The position numbers and the translations under genes are program-made. Positions 8,990-17,754 of a DNA stretch of 64,000 nt are shown one piece after another. Position 1 is the stretch's first letter. Each line of letters opens with the position of its first letter. Origin of the DNA: a virus; IMG/VR virus record IMGVR_UViG_3300020196_000003; one strand, 5' to 3'. Under the pieces are notes generated by a model. The model had not been told where the DNA came from. It did not search any database and was given only the letters and a program-made list of their open reading frames with translations.

Positions 8990-10561
8990 TTATTGAGTTT
9001 TTCCATCATAAGTCATTAGCTTATGTATTTTTAAAAATTCTTCCGTTAGTTTTTCAACTTGTTTTTCGTTAACCGATTCTTCGATTTTACTCAAAACAGA
9101 TTGTGAGCTTTTTTTACCTCTTTTGGTTTTCAAAGATCCTATTTCAGTATCTTCACCAGCTTGATCAACGGGTTGTGGTTGTCTTTTGTAAGACGCGTCT
9201 GCCTGTTCTTGACCGTAAAGATTTTCTTCAAAGTTTTTAAAGAATTTGTCTCCTACGTTTGAAGGTACGACATTCCCTAAAGCGTTTCCATCTTCATCAA
9301 CTTGAGCATTTCCTGTTGTACTATGACCTTTCAAATATTTTTCAATATTCTTTTTATTTGGTTTGATTTCATCAAATCTTAAGTTAGTTAGACCTGGACG
9401 TGAAAAAGCATCATTATAATCATCAACAGCATCCGATGGTGTATATTTTTTTCTGATACCTTTTTTCAGACCACCATTTTCAGTTGGGAATTTTTGAGTT
9501 TGTTTCATTTCCCATTTTGAATCTTTGTCCGAAACTCCTTTTAAATAGTTAGTTATTTTTTTTGCAACACTATTTAAATAATTATCATTTTCTTTTTTAT
9601 CCGCTTTATGAGCTCTTTCATATTCTTTATATCCCTTAGGTTCTTTGAATGAAAACTTTTTTTCTTCATTAACTAAATTTTCAATAAAACTTATTAATTC
9701 ATTTTCGGAAAAAATTAAACTTTCGACACTCTTACTATTTGCGATTTGTTTTCTTTTTTCAGTGATATAGGATTCTTTTACAGGAAGTGTTTTTCCGTCG
9801 AATTTAAATGTTTTTTTACCTGCTAATTTGGCTTTGTTTACTTCATTTGCAAACTTATTCCCTTCTTCAACTTCTTTTTCGAACTTAACTTCATAAAGTG
9901 GTTCTTCATCTTGTTGTTTTCTTAACATTTTAAAATCTTCTTTATCAAGTCTACCATTTTTGTTTTTATCTAATCTATGTTGTTTACCATGAAGTTTTTC
10001 TGTTATTTCTTTATCGTCACTATATCTATATTTAGTTTTATATGATGGCATATCGTCAGGTAATGGTGCATCAAACCTAAAATCATCTTCATCTTCCTCA
10101 TAATCGTAATCCGGTGATGGCGCATTAAACCTGAAGTCATCTTCATCTTCCTCATAATCGTAATCCGGTGATGGCGCATTAAGCCTGAAGTCATCTTCAT
10201 CGAAATCATCACCATATTCATAACTCCTGTCTGACATAAGATCCGCTTTATCTCTTCTTGACATTTTAGCAAAGTTTTTATTACCAAATCTCGGGTGTCC
10301 ATCATCCATACCTCCAAGTTCCATAATTTCAACTCCTTCGTTGTTATATCCACACTCAGAACATTCACCTTCTTTTATTTCACCACCACATTCCTCACAC
10401 ATTGATTTTTCCTCTTGTACATAATCGAAAGAACCACCCGCAGGATGAAACGGAGTTTTATCGTCATAATTCAATTTATTCAAAATTGAGTTTGCTTTTT
10501 CATTCAAACTTTCATTCAAAATTTTTTGAAATCTTGATTTAATATATTGGTGTGTATTCAT
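8990..10561 (-). CDS. highly charged modular protein (Zn ribbon, EF-hand-like motif, acidic repeats); putative head core/internal protein
   Basis: CEECGG..ECSECG; DKNKNGRLDKEDF; many (I/L/V)xE sites; TATTTAT at 10577-10583. Confidence 0.7.
   Translation of the reverse strand: MNTHQYIKSRFQKILNESLNEKANSILNKLNYDDKTPFHPAGGSFDYVQEEKSMCEECGGEIKEGECSECGYNNEGVEIMELGGMDDGHPRFGNKNFAKMSRRDKADLMSDRSYEYGDDFDEDDFRLNAPSPDYDYEEDEDDFRFNAPSPDYDYEEDEDDFRFDAPLPDDMPSYKTKYRYSDDKEITEKLHGKQHRLDKNKNGRLDKEDFKMLRKQQDEEPLYEVKFEKEVEEGNKFANEVNKAKLAGKKTFKFDGKTLPVKESYITEKRKQIANSKSVESLIFSENELISFIENLVNEEKKFSFKEPKGYKEYERAHKADKKENDNYLNSVAKKITNYLKGVSDKDSKWEMKQTQKFPTENGGLKKGIRKKYTPSDAVDDYNDAFSRPGLTNLRFDEIKPNKKNIEKYLKGHSTTGNAQVDEDGNALGNVVPSNVGDKFFKNFEENLYGQEQADASYKRQPQPVDQAGEDTEIGSLKTKRGKKSSQSVLSKIEESVNEKQVEKLTEEFLKIHKLMTYDGKTQ
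10056..10201. repeat. 54-bp tandem repeat (about 2.7 copies) encoding DDFRxNAPSPDYDYEEDE
   Basis: Units start at 10083, 10137 and 10191 (partial). Confidence 0.9.
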
Positions 10562-10592
10562 TTTTTATTTTTCTTTATAAATATCTTTATTT

Positions 10593-11330
10593 TTATCTTT
10601 TTTTGATTTGTTCAAAAACAATTTTCGAAATAAAGTTTTTATCAATCCCATAATTACTCGAGACACTGTCAATTGCGTTTTGGACAGACTCGTTTTCAAA
10701 TATTCTAAGGGCCTTTATATCTCCTTGATTACAATATGGGAATTTTTTACACTGTTTTTTAACTTGAACTCTTTTTGCACCGGGCATATACTTTGTTGAG
10801 GCGCCTTTCCAATGTTTTTTACTCATAGATTTTGCCCAAATAGCCGGTTGATTATATTGACCCGATGAAGATGAGGTTGTGGCCTCTTTAGTTTCTATTT
10901 TCTGCTCTTTTCGTTCTCTAACTGTTTTAACTAAATCTCCTTTAGTAATTGTTTTTTCTGGTCCCGATGAGAGAAATGGCATTGTATAGCCACCTCCTGA
11001 AGCGGTGTCAGTGGCTTCTTTGTTTTCTTCTTTTTTCTTAGCTTTGTTTAAATTTAAAATCGATTCTAAGAATTGTTTTAAGTCATCAGGATCTTTTAAA
11101 TATTCTTTTATTTTTTTTCTTATTTCGTTATTTGACATTTTTTTGTTCCTTACTAAACTATAAATTGTTTTCAAATCTTCTTTGTTTTTCAGGTAATTTA
11201 GAAAATGATTTTCTTCATTTAATTCAGATGCGGTTTTATTTATCACTTTAATCGCGTCGAGTTTTGCATCTATATTACTACTTAATCCTTCACCTACTTT
11301 TTTTTTAAGATCACTTAAATAATTTTCCAC
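10593..11330 (-). CDS. hypothetical protein (EAT..SG.Y..P motifs; CKKFPYC)
   Basis: 245 aa; GTG start overlapping the upstream stop. Confidence 0.75.
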   Translation of the reverse strand: MENYLSDLKKKVGEGLSSNIDAKLDAIKVINKTASELNEENHFLNYLKNKEDLKTIYSLVRNKKMSNNEIRKKIKEYLKDPDDLKQFLESILNLNKAKKKEENKEATDTASGGGYTMPFLSSGPEKTITKGDLVKTVRERKEQKIETKEATTSSSSGQYNQPAIWAKSMSKKHWKGASTKYMPGAKRVQVKKQCKKFPYCNQGDIKALRIFENESVQNAIDSVSSNYGIDKNFISKIVFEQIKKR

Positions 11331-11575
11331 TATGCGTTTCTAAATTTAGACTCCCAAAAATATCTTTGTTGATACATTGTTGCGAAATATTCTTGGAAAG
11401 ATTTTATTACTATTTCTTTAACATTTTTTTTTAATTCTCCCTTTTCAATTTCTTTTGAAATTTTATTGATAAGTTTTTCCTCAAATTGTTTGGCAGTGTT
11501 AGAATCGAAAAAGTCTTTTATTTCTTTTCTCATCATAATTTCCAATTCTTTTTTTTCTGAGGAAGTAAGTGCCAT
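11330..11575 (-). CDS. hypothetical protein
   Basis: 81 aa, translationally coupled to neighbours. Confidence 0.75.
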   Translation of the reverse strand: MALTSSEKKELEIMMRKEIKDFFDSNTAKQFEEKLINKISKEIEKGELKKNVKEIVIKSFQEYFATMYQQRYFWESKFRNA

Positions 11576-11997
11576 TATTTTGAAATCAAAGCATACGTTA
11601 ATGGTGCTATTATAATACCCGCTATAATATTAAATAGTGTATTTTTAGTTTTGAGTCTTTTATTTTCTTTAGCCAGGTTTATATTTTCTTCTTTATATAT
11701 TTTAACACTTTTTTGTTTTTCAGAAATAATTTCTTTATTGAGTTTGTTTTCTTCTTTCCAAAACTCGGTTTCTTTTTTTTGAAGAATTATTTTGCCATTC
11801 AGTTCATGAATTTCATTTTCATATGTTAAAACAATTTCTTTTAACTTATCGTATTCATTGAGGTCCAAAAGTATTTGTTGGACAACATTATAAGGAATAC
11901 ACATTTTGGTGGTATCCACAATAGGTTTTTGAGGGACTTGTGAGTTTAAGTTTATAACTGTAAAAAATAAAGTTAAAATTAATATTATGTTTTTCAT
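11575..11997 (-). CDS. signal peptide, coiled-coil and C-terminal TM protein (spanin-like candidate)
   Basis: Hydrophobic N- and C-termini around a coiled coil; near the amidase. Confidence 0.5.
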   Translation of the reverse strand: MKNIILILTLFFTVINLNSQVPQKPIVDTTKMCIPYNVVQQILLDLNEYDKLKEIVLTYENEIHELNGKIILQKKETEFWKEENKLNKEIISEKQKSVKIYKEENINLAKENKRLKTKNTLFNIIAGIIIAPLTYALISK

Positions 11998-12001
11998 TTT
12001 T

Positions 12002-12355
12002 TTAAAATTTGTATCTGTTTCTTAGTAAACTATCAATTTTTTTTTCATCCGCATTTTTAATTTCGTTTTCCTTGACAGTATAGTAGTTTTTTATTTCGTT
12101 TCTTTGGATTTTGATTTTGGATATTTTTTTATCAATTTTTTTTATTTCAGATTGGTAAAAAGTTATAGAATCTTGTATTTGAGATTGTTTTTTTTGTATT
12201 TCTTTGATTCGGGTTTCTATTTGTTCTAGTTTATATTTATTTAATTCAGTTACGGTTTTAACAGGTGTAAAAACTTTCATAAGTAAATATGATAGAACTA
12301 TACCTAATATTATTAGTATTATGTTTTTCCAATTATATGTAAAAAATTTTTTCAT
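12002..12355 (-). CDS. N-terminal TM plus coiled-coil protein (i-spanin-like candidate)
   Basis: IILIILGIVLSYLLM followed by heptad repeats. Confidence 0.5.
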   Translation of the reverse strand: MKKFFTYNWKNIILIILGIVLSYLLMKVFTPVKTVTELNKYKLEQIETRIKEIQKKQSQIQDSITFYQSEIKKIDKKISKIKIQRNEIKNYYTVKENEIKNADEKKIDSLLRNRYKF

Positions 12356-12939
12356 TTTTTGGTATCTTCTTGTCTTGAAGCAACAATTTTACTCCATTTA
12401 TTTTTAAATTTTTGGTAATAAGATTGTAACTTTGATATAGTTAATAAATGATTTTGATCAATTTTTATCATTTGACCATTTATATAAATTCCGTCGGATT
12501 CATTTACTGTATAAAAAAATTCCAAATTACTTTCTAATAATTTTCCTGTCCATTCTACGTTTTCACTGAAAACATTTAATTTACCAAATTCAACAAGTTC
12601 TGCAACATCCGTTCTAAACTCATCCACGCTAGAAGTAAAAGCATTTTTCTCGTCTGTTGTAATTTGTAAGTCAGCCTCTTTTTTTCCGTGGAAAACTATC
12701 AGATTACCCAAAATTCTGTATGTTTTTTGTTTATCTTTTTTTATCCCAATTTCGTCAGAATCTTTTTTTTCTTTATTGGATAAAGATCCGTCTGAATCTT
12801 CGATTTTATCTTTTTCTAAAATTGCCTCACTTAAAATACCATATTTTTTTTTGATATTACTTACATCTTCGTTGAGTTCTTTATTAAGAATTACTTTGGA
12901 TCTCTTGATTAAACTCTTTATTTCTTCAAAATTATTCAT
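12352..12939 (-). CDS. hypothetical protein
   Basis: 195 aa ORF. Confidence 0.75.
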   Translation of the reverse strand: MNNFEEIKSLIKRSKVILNKELNEDVSNIKKKYGILSEAILEKDKIEDSDGSLSNKEKKDSDEIGIKKDKQKTYRILGNLIVFHGKKEADLQITTDEKNAFTSSVDEFRTDVAELVEFGKLNVFSENVEWTGKLLESNLEFFYTVNESDGIYINGQMIKIDQNHLLTISKLQSYYQKFKNKWSKIVASRQEDTKK

Positions 12940-13525
12940 TTTCTAATAGTTTTTTAAATTTTTCAAAATTAAATGCCGGACTCAAATCCGTCGCAAATTC
13001 ATCGAAGTTCGATCTACTAAATATACCATTATAAGACTCAATACCTCTAATTTTTGTATTATGTCCTATAAAGTTTTTCGAAAAATTATATTTTTTTGTT
13101 AAATTAATACACAATTCAGCTGTTTTATTTATTTGAATTTCAGTGTACGGATGCCAAAAAAAATAATCTCTCCATTTACGATCATAAACTTTTTCTTTAT
13201 AAATATTACCAATCCAGTTAATGTGATAATGTTTTAATGGTTCTTTTTTTAGCCAACCTAAATTTTCTAAACAAACAAATATTGATTTTGAATTAATTTT
13301 ATCATTATTAGAAAAATTTCCGTTCAAATAATCATTAATTAATTTAATAATTTTACCTTCTCTTGAGATAATATAATGTGGTAATTTGATTGGTTTACCA
13401 CCAAATCTAAATTTTATAGAAATCATATAATCAAGAAGAGTTCTAGAGGTGTGACATAAAACTATTTGATTTTTTTTGTCTTCTTTTTTAAAATTTGTTT
13501 GGATTAAATTTTCTATTATTTCCAT
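12932..13525 (-). CDS. N-acetylmuramoyl-L-alanine amidase (Amidase_2 type), putative endolysin
   Basis: IVLCHT, HYIISREG, SIFVCLEN, YTEIQ, IGH, DLSPAF motifs. Confidence 0.75.
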   Translation of the reverse strand: MEIIENLIQTNFKKEDKKNQIVLCHTSRTLLDYMISIKFRFGGKPIKLPHYIISREGKIIKLINDYLNGNFSNNDKINSKSIFVCLENLGWLKKEPLKHYHINWIGNIYKEKVYDRKWRDYFFWHPYTEIQINKTAELCINLTKKYNFSKNFIGHNTKIRGIESYNGIFSRSNFDEFATDLSPAFNFEKFKKLLENE

Positions 13526-13528
13526 AGA

Positions 13529-14785
13529 TTATTTATGATATTTTAAAACTCTCTTTTTAGTCTCCTCTAACTTTTTATTAAATAATCCTTCCTCCAATTT
13601 GTTTCCTTGGTCATCGAATATTTGACCGTTATCATTTACATAGTATTTAAAAGGAACCTCAACTTCTTTTATTACTTCTACAGGAACCTCTCTAACTATT
13701 TCAACTAATTTATCCACAGGAACTTCAACAATCTTTTCAACTTCCCTAATCACCTCCACAGGAACTTCAACAATCTTTTCAACTTCCCTAATCACCTCCA
13801 CAGGAACTTCAACAATCTTTTCAACTTCCCTAATCACCTCCACAGGAACTTCAACAATCTTTTCATTTATTTGTGTCTCTTGTTGTTTTTGCGTTTCGGA
13901 ACTGAATTTTGATATATCATCTATTAGATAAAAAAAATTTTCAGGTACTTCGATATCTTCGTATTCTTTTTCTTCTTCTTTTCTTCTTCTATAATTTTTG
14001 AATGCTTGGTTTGTTGCAATAACCAAAGCAATTGCTAGAGGATCAAAAACAAAAATTAAAGTTAGAATGAAAAAGTTTGCGGTTTTTTTTATATCCCATC
14101 CAGTTATTTCACTTAAATATTTTATTGCTCCCAATTCACCTGTTTCAATTTCCTTTGATGTTATATCTAAAATGAGAATGTCTAAGTTCGTAATACTATC
14201 ATTTATTGCGTCAATTTTAGACGAAAGTGTGTCTTTACTTTGTTGTGCAATTTTTAATTGTTTTTCAAACGCTTTTCTGTTTCCAGCATTCGCTTTTGTA
14301 ATTACTTGTCCTGATTTTCTATCAATCGTTTGTGTTGTTGTGTTTGTTGAGAGGGCATTTCTTAAATTGGTAATATCTGCATTCAGAACTTTTTTTTCTT
14401 TTTGGTGTTCTTCTTTTATTTTTTCAAATCTTTCTTTCTTTACCTCAATATTATTAATTTTTTTGTTACTAATTTCGAGTCCTGAAATACTTTTTTGAAA
14501 CCCTGTTGCTAACAAACCATATATACCAATTGAGGTCAAAATTGATAATACCAAAATGGCGATTGTTAAATAAATCTTTAAAATACCGTATGTTTTTTTC
14601 CAACTATCGTGAAGATAAGTTGCGATTGCAATTTTAGAAACTTCCAAAAAAGAACCCATAATAATAACAGGAATTGCAACGCCCGAGAAAATAATGGAGA
14701 GTCCGTAAACACTATAATATGCCGCTGTAGATGAAAGTCCAAGAGCACAAAATAGTAATAACCATGATAATAATTTATTATTCAT
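13529..14785 (-). CDS. multi-TM coiled-coil membrane protein with EKIVEVPVEVIREV repeats
   Basis: Three N-terminal TMs, coiled coil, TM with IFVFDPLA, repeat-rich tail. Confidence 0.75.
   Translation of the reverse strand: MNNKLLSWLLLFCALGLSSTAAYYSVYGLSIIFSGVAIPVIIMGSFLEVSKIAIATYLHDSWKKTYGILKIYLTIAILVLSILTSIGIYGLLATGFQKSISGLEISNKKINNIEVKKERFEKIKEEHQKEKKVLNADITNLRNALSTNTTTQTIDRKSGQVITKANAGNRKAFEKQLKIAQQSKDTLSSKIDAINDSITNLDILILDITSKEIETGELGAIKYLSEITGWDIKKTANFFILTLIFVFDPLAIALVIATNQAFKNYRRRKEEEKEYEDIEVPENFFYLIDDISKFSSETQKQQETQINEKIVEVPVEVIREVEKIVEVPVEVIREVEKIVEVPVEVIREVEKIVEVPVDKLVEIVREVPVEVIKEVEVPFKYYVNDNGQIFDDQGNKLEEGLFNKKLEETKKRVLKYHK
13713..13865. repeat. perfect 42-bp tandem repeat, about 3.6 copies
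   Basis: tccacaggaacttcaacaatcttttcaacttccctaatcacc starting at 13713, 13755, 13797 and 13839 (partial). Confidence 0.95.
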
Positions 14786-14830
14786 TTTGTTTTTTTTTTA
14801 TAAATATTAAATTTAAAGTATTTGAAATAT

Positions 14831-14857
14831 AAAAAAGGGTGGAATAAAATCCACCCT
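14831..14857 (-). terminator. rho-independent terminator
   Basis: AGGGTGGA/TCCACCCT stem followed by a U run on the minus strand. Confidence 0.8.
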
Positions 14858-15022
14858 AATTGGTTTCATATCAAGAAATTGGTCATACATTTGTATGAGT
14901 ATGGATAAGACGGTGATCACCACATTTCTGCGTATTTAGCAAATGTCCCTATTTTTTAATCATCATAACCCTACCTAAACAGGGTTATGAAAATTTTTTA
15001 ATGGAAAGTCACAAAACCAATT
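14858..15022 (-). ncRNA. candidate structured non-coding RNA (unknown family)
   Basis: 13-bp closing helix with G-U pairs valid only on the minus strand; several internal hairpins; abuts a terminator; no ORF. Confidence 0.45.
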
Positions 15023-15075
15023 ATCTAACTCGTCACTAAAAAAATAATTCTTTTTTTGAATCACCAAAAATTATT

Positions 15076-15876
15076 TTATAAATAATCAAATAATTCTGTA
15101 GAATCGTTTCTTAGTCGACGAATAGCCTTTTCTTTAATCTGACGAACTCTTTCTTTTGTTAAACCAAAATCACTTCCAATATCTTCTAAAGTTCGTGGTG
15201 TTCCCGTCAAACCAAAATAATCACAAACAATAACTTTTTCGCGAGTGTCTAAAACATCTAAAAGAGTCATCAACTTATCTTTAAGAATATCTTGGGTATT
15301 AAAAAATGCGTCAGGCAAAACGGCATTTTTATTTTCAATCATATCTAACAAAGTATCACCTTCTTCATTGATATTCATGTCAAGATCGATTATTGAAGGT
15401 AATGTTGAAAACTTGTCCTCAAGTTTTTTTCCTGACTGCTCAACCTCTTTTTTTGCCTTTTGTAGATCCTGCACCACATTGACCGGTAGTCGAATGGTTC
15501 TTGCGTTGTCATTTAAAGACTGAATGATCGATTGTTTAATCCACCACACACCATAAGATATAAAACGGAGATCTTTTTCCCAATCAAAGTTTTTAATTGC
15601 CTTCATAAGTCCTAAATTTCCTTCAGCAATCAAATCAGACAAATCAAGTCCTTGATTTTGATATTGTTTTGCTACCGTAATTACAAAACGAAGATTTCCT
15701 TCAATGATCTCTTGCTCAATTCGTCTTCGTTCATAAGTTGGTGTTTCTTCTGACTTCATTTTTTTTGCCAACTCTTTTTCTCTTTCTACAGTCATTACCT
15801 TAATTTTTCGAATATCCTTTAGGTAATGTTGTATTTCCTCTTGATTTATATGTGCTCCCGTGTTTTTGTCTTTCAT
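15076..15876 (-). CDS. RNA polymerase sigma70-family factor (RpoD/RpoS-like, no region 1.1)
   Basis: NLRFVITVAKQYQNQGLDLSDLIAEGNLGL, FISYGVWWIKQSI, RTIRLP, TLEDIG..FGLTKERVRQIKEKA. Confidence 0.95.
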   Translation of the reverse strand: MKDKNTGAHINQEEIQHYLKDIRKIKVMTVEREKELAKKMKSEETPTYERRRIEQEIIEGNLRFVITVAKQYQNQGLDLSDLIAEGNLGLMKAIKNFDWEKDLRFISYGVWWIKQSIIQSLNDNARTIRLPVNVVQDLQKAKKEVEQSGKKLEDKFSTLPSIIDLDMNINEEGDTLLDMIENKNAVLPDAFFNTQDILKDKLMTLLDVLDTREKVIVCDYFGLTGTPRTLEDIGSDFGLTKERVRQIKEKAIRRLRNDSTELFDYL

Positions 15877-15885
15877 ATATTATAA

Positions 15886-16413
15886 TTAGATTGATTTTGA
15901 GTACTCTTGTAATTTTTGTTTTTCTATTTCTGTAAGTGACTCCATACCTTGAAAGCTAATCTTATCAAGTAACTCGTCAAGTGTCATGTTACAAACCTGT
16001 GGTTTTTTTATTTTCATAATGAGATCTGATAAGTCCAAAAAAATTTCGCCATCTTTTGATGCTTTGAATTCATAATTGATTTTTGGGGGTGTTGGTTTGT
16101 TTTTTGATTTGGTTTTCTTTAACGACAACAAGTGCTCAAGGTTGTCTTTTGGCATGTTGGACGCTGAACTTCTTGGTTTGGGTGTTAGAAAATATTCAAA
16201 ACAATTAAGTTCGTCGTTGATAATATTGATCCATCCTGCCATTTCATCGATTGTCATGTCTGATGCGAAGTGAAATATTGCGTGTTTGTCTCCAAACATA
16301 AATTTCGCTTCCTTGGATGTCATTTGTTCTGCAATTCTACTTGCAATTTCATTTGTGGATATTTCTGAGTTTTCAACTGTGTTGTCGTAATAAACAAAAA
16401 GTAAGTAATTCAT
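15886..16413 (-). CDS. hypothetical protein with C-terminal DUF6576-like motif
   Basis: LDELLDKIS..GMESLTEIEK..L, resembling the C-terminus of Bacteroidota rhomboid proteases; TATATTTG at 16436-16443. Confidence 0.6.
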   Translation of the reverse strand: MNYLLFVYYDNTVENSEISTNEIASRIAEQMTSKEAKFMFGDKHAIFHFASDMTIDEMAGWINIINDELNCFEYFLTPKPRSSASNMPKDNLEHLLSLKKTKSKNKPTPPKINYEFKASKDGEIFLDLSDLIMKIKKPQVCNMTLDELLDKISFQGMESLTEIEKQKLQEYSKSI

Positions 16414-16464
16414 GTGTTGTTTTTAAAATGTTCTACAAATATACTAATAAAATTGGGATTTGTT

Positions 16465-17283
16465 CTAATTTTTCACCCTTTCAAGACAAATATTAAAATA
16501 TTGCTCAGATATTTCAGATCCTATATAATTTCTTTGTGTTTCTATTGCACCTTTTGCTGTTGTACCACTACCCATAAATGGGTCAAAGACAACATCATTT
16601 GGGTTTGTCCAACTTATTATATGGTCCTTTACAAGTTGTATTGGGAATATTGCTGGATGTTGGTACGCAATCTCATCTTCTTGACCATTTTTTGATGTTT
16701 TATATGTCCAAACATTATATCTTTGACCATATTCTTCTATGACTTTCTTTTTCCTCTCAACCATAGTCCCATCAACTTGTCTTGATGTATTTTTACCCCA
16801 ACTTCCAACTTGGCCTCCATACACATTTTTTCTATCTTTAATTGAATTAAATGTTTTCGGTTTACCTTTTGAAAAAACGAACATATATTCGAATATTTGA
16901 TGGTAACGATTTGAGGACGGATTCGAAAAATTATTCTTCATGTAGATCATAGTGTCGTGAATATTAAATCCAAGTTCTTTAAAGAATAAGGCTTGTCTAA
17001 AAGATGTTCCAGTTTCACTTCCTTTTTCCGTCCCATCACCTACAACCCAAACAACAACACCACCAGGTTTTGTTACCCTATAAAGTTCTTTGGCAATATT
17101 TTCAAAATCGAAAGAATATCCATTAAATTCAGTTTTCTTTCCTGTAATATGATTATTGTATGTTCTTAAGTCATCATATGGGGGGGAAGTGACTGTCAAA
17201 TCAATATTATTATCGGGTATTTTAGACAATGTTTCTAAACAATTTTCATTGTATATCTTATTTATTTCTATCATATTTTTCAA
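16465..17283 (-). CDS. beta-class N4-cytosine/N6-adenine DNA methyltransferase
   Basis: VTSPPY (motif IV) precedes HPAIFP and VFDPFMGSGTT (motif I). Confidence 0.92.
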   Translation of the reverse strand: MKNMIEINKIYNENCLETLSKIPDNNIDLTVTSPPYDDLRTYNNHITGKKTEFNGYSFDFENIAKELYRVTKPGGVVVWVVGDGTEKGSETGTSFRQALFFKELGFNIHDTMIYMKNNFSNPSSNRYHQIFEYMFVFSKGKPKTFNSIKDRKNVYGGQVGSWGKNTSRQVDGTMVERKKKVIEEYGQRYNVWTYKTSKNGQEDEIAYQHPAIFPIQLVKDHIISWTNPNDVVFDPFMGSGTTAKGAIETQRNYIGSEISEQYFNICLERVKN

Positions 17284-17719
17284 AAAATTTTTTGGAGGAA
17301 ATTGATTTATTTTTACCCAATGGTAATTTCATAATATCCTCTTTAGTTAATTCAATTGTATTAATTATTCCTTCTTCAATTAATCTCTTATCTATAAGTA
17401 CAAACTGATCCACAGAAAGTAATTTTTCTGAGAATCCTTTTTCAGTGACTTTTCTACCAAAACCAACTTCTTTAGATGACGCAAAACTAACTTTGTCAGT
17501 TATAGTTCTTATCTCACTTTTACTGTTGTTTTTTTCTTTAACATCAAAAGATGAATTTTCTTTTTCTCTAACACCATTATTAGAATTTTGATGTAAAAAT
17601 TCTCCAATTCTACCTAACATTCTTCCATCGTTAAACATTTCAATAGTTTTATCTATTGGTAAACCAAATCCTTGAGCAATCATTACCCAATTCAAATTAT
17701 ATGTGTTCATTCCCCTCAT
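17258..17719 (-). CDS. putative PD-(D/E)xK-like restriction endonuclease
   Basis: GE...SFDV...SEIRT motif; overlaps the methyltransferase; has its own promoter. Confidence 0.4.
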   Translation of the reverse strand: MRGMNTYNLNWVMIAQGFGLPIDKTIEMFNDGRMLGRIGEFLHQNSNNGVREKENSSFDVKEKNNSKSEIRTITDKVSFASSKEVGFGRKVTEKGFSEKLLSVDQFVLIDKRLIEEGIINTIELTKEDIMKLPLGKNKSISSKKFFEKYDRNK

Positions 17720-17723
17720 AAAA

Positions 17724-17754
17724 CAAAACTACAAATAATATTTCAAATTACAAA
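17724..17754 (-). promoter_or_regulatory. Bacteroidota-type -33/-7 promoter
   Basis: Minus strand reads TTTG-N19-TAGTTTTG-TTTT-ATG. Confidence 0.65.

Noticed and set aside
13713-13865. CRISPR array (42-bp repeats; also the 54-bp repeats at 10056-10201)
   Set aside because: The repeats are contiguous with no spacers, are multiples of 3 and lie in frame within CDSs.
14858-15022. tRNA or a known riboswitch
   Set aside because: No cloverleaf, T-loop or CCA pattern and no recognisable aptamer consensus. Kept only as an unknown ncRNA candidate.
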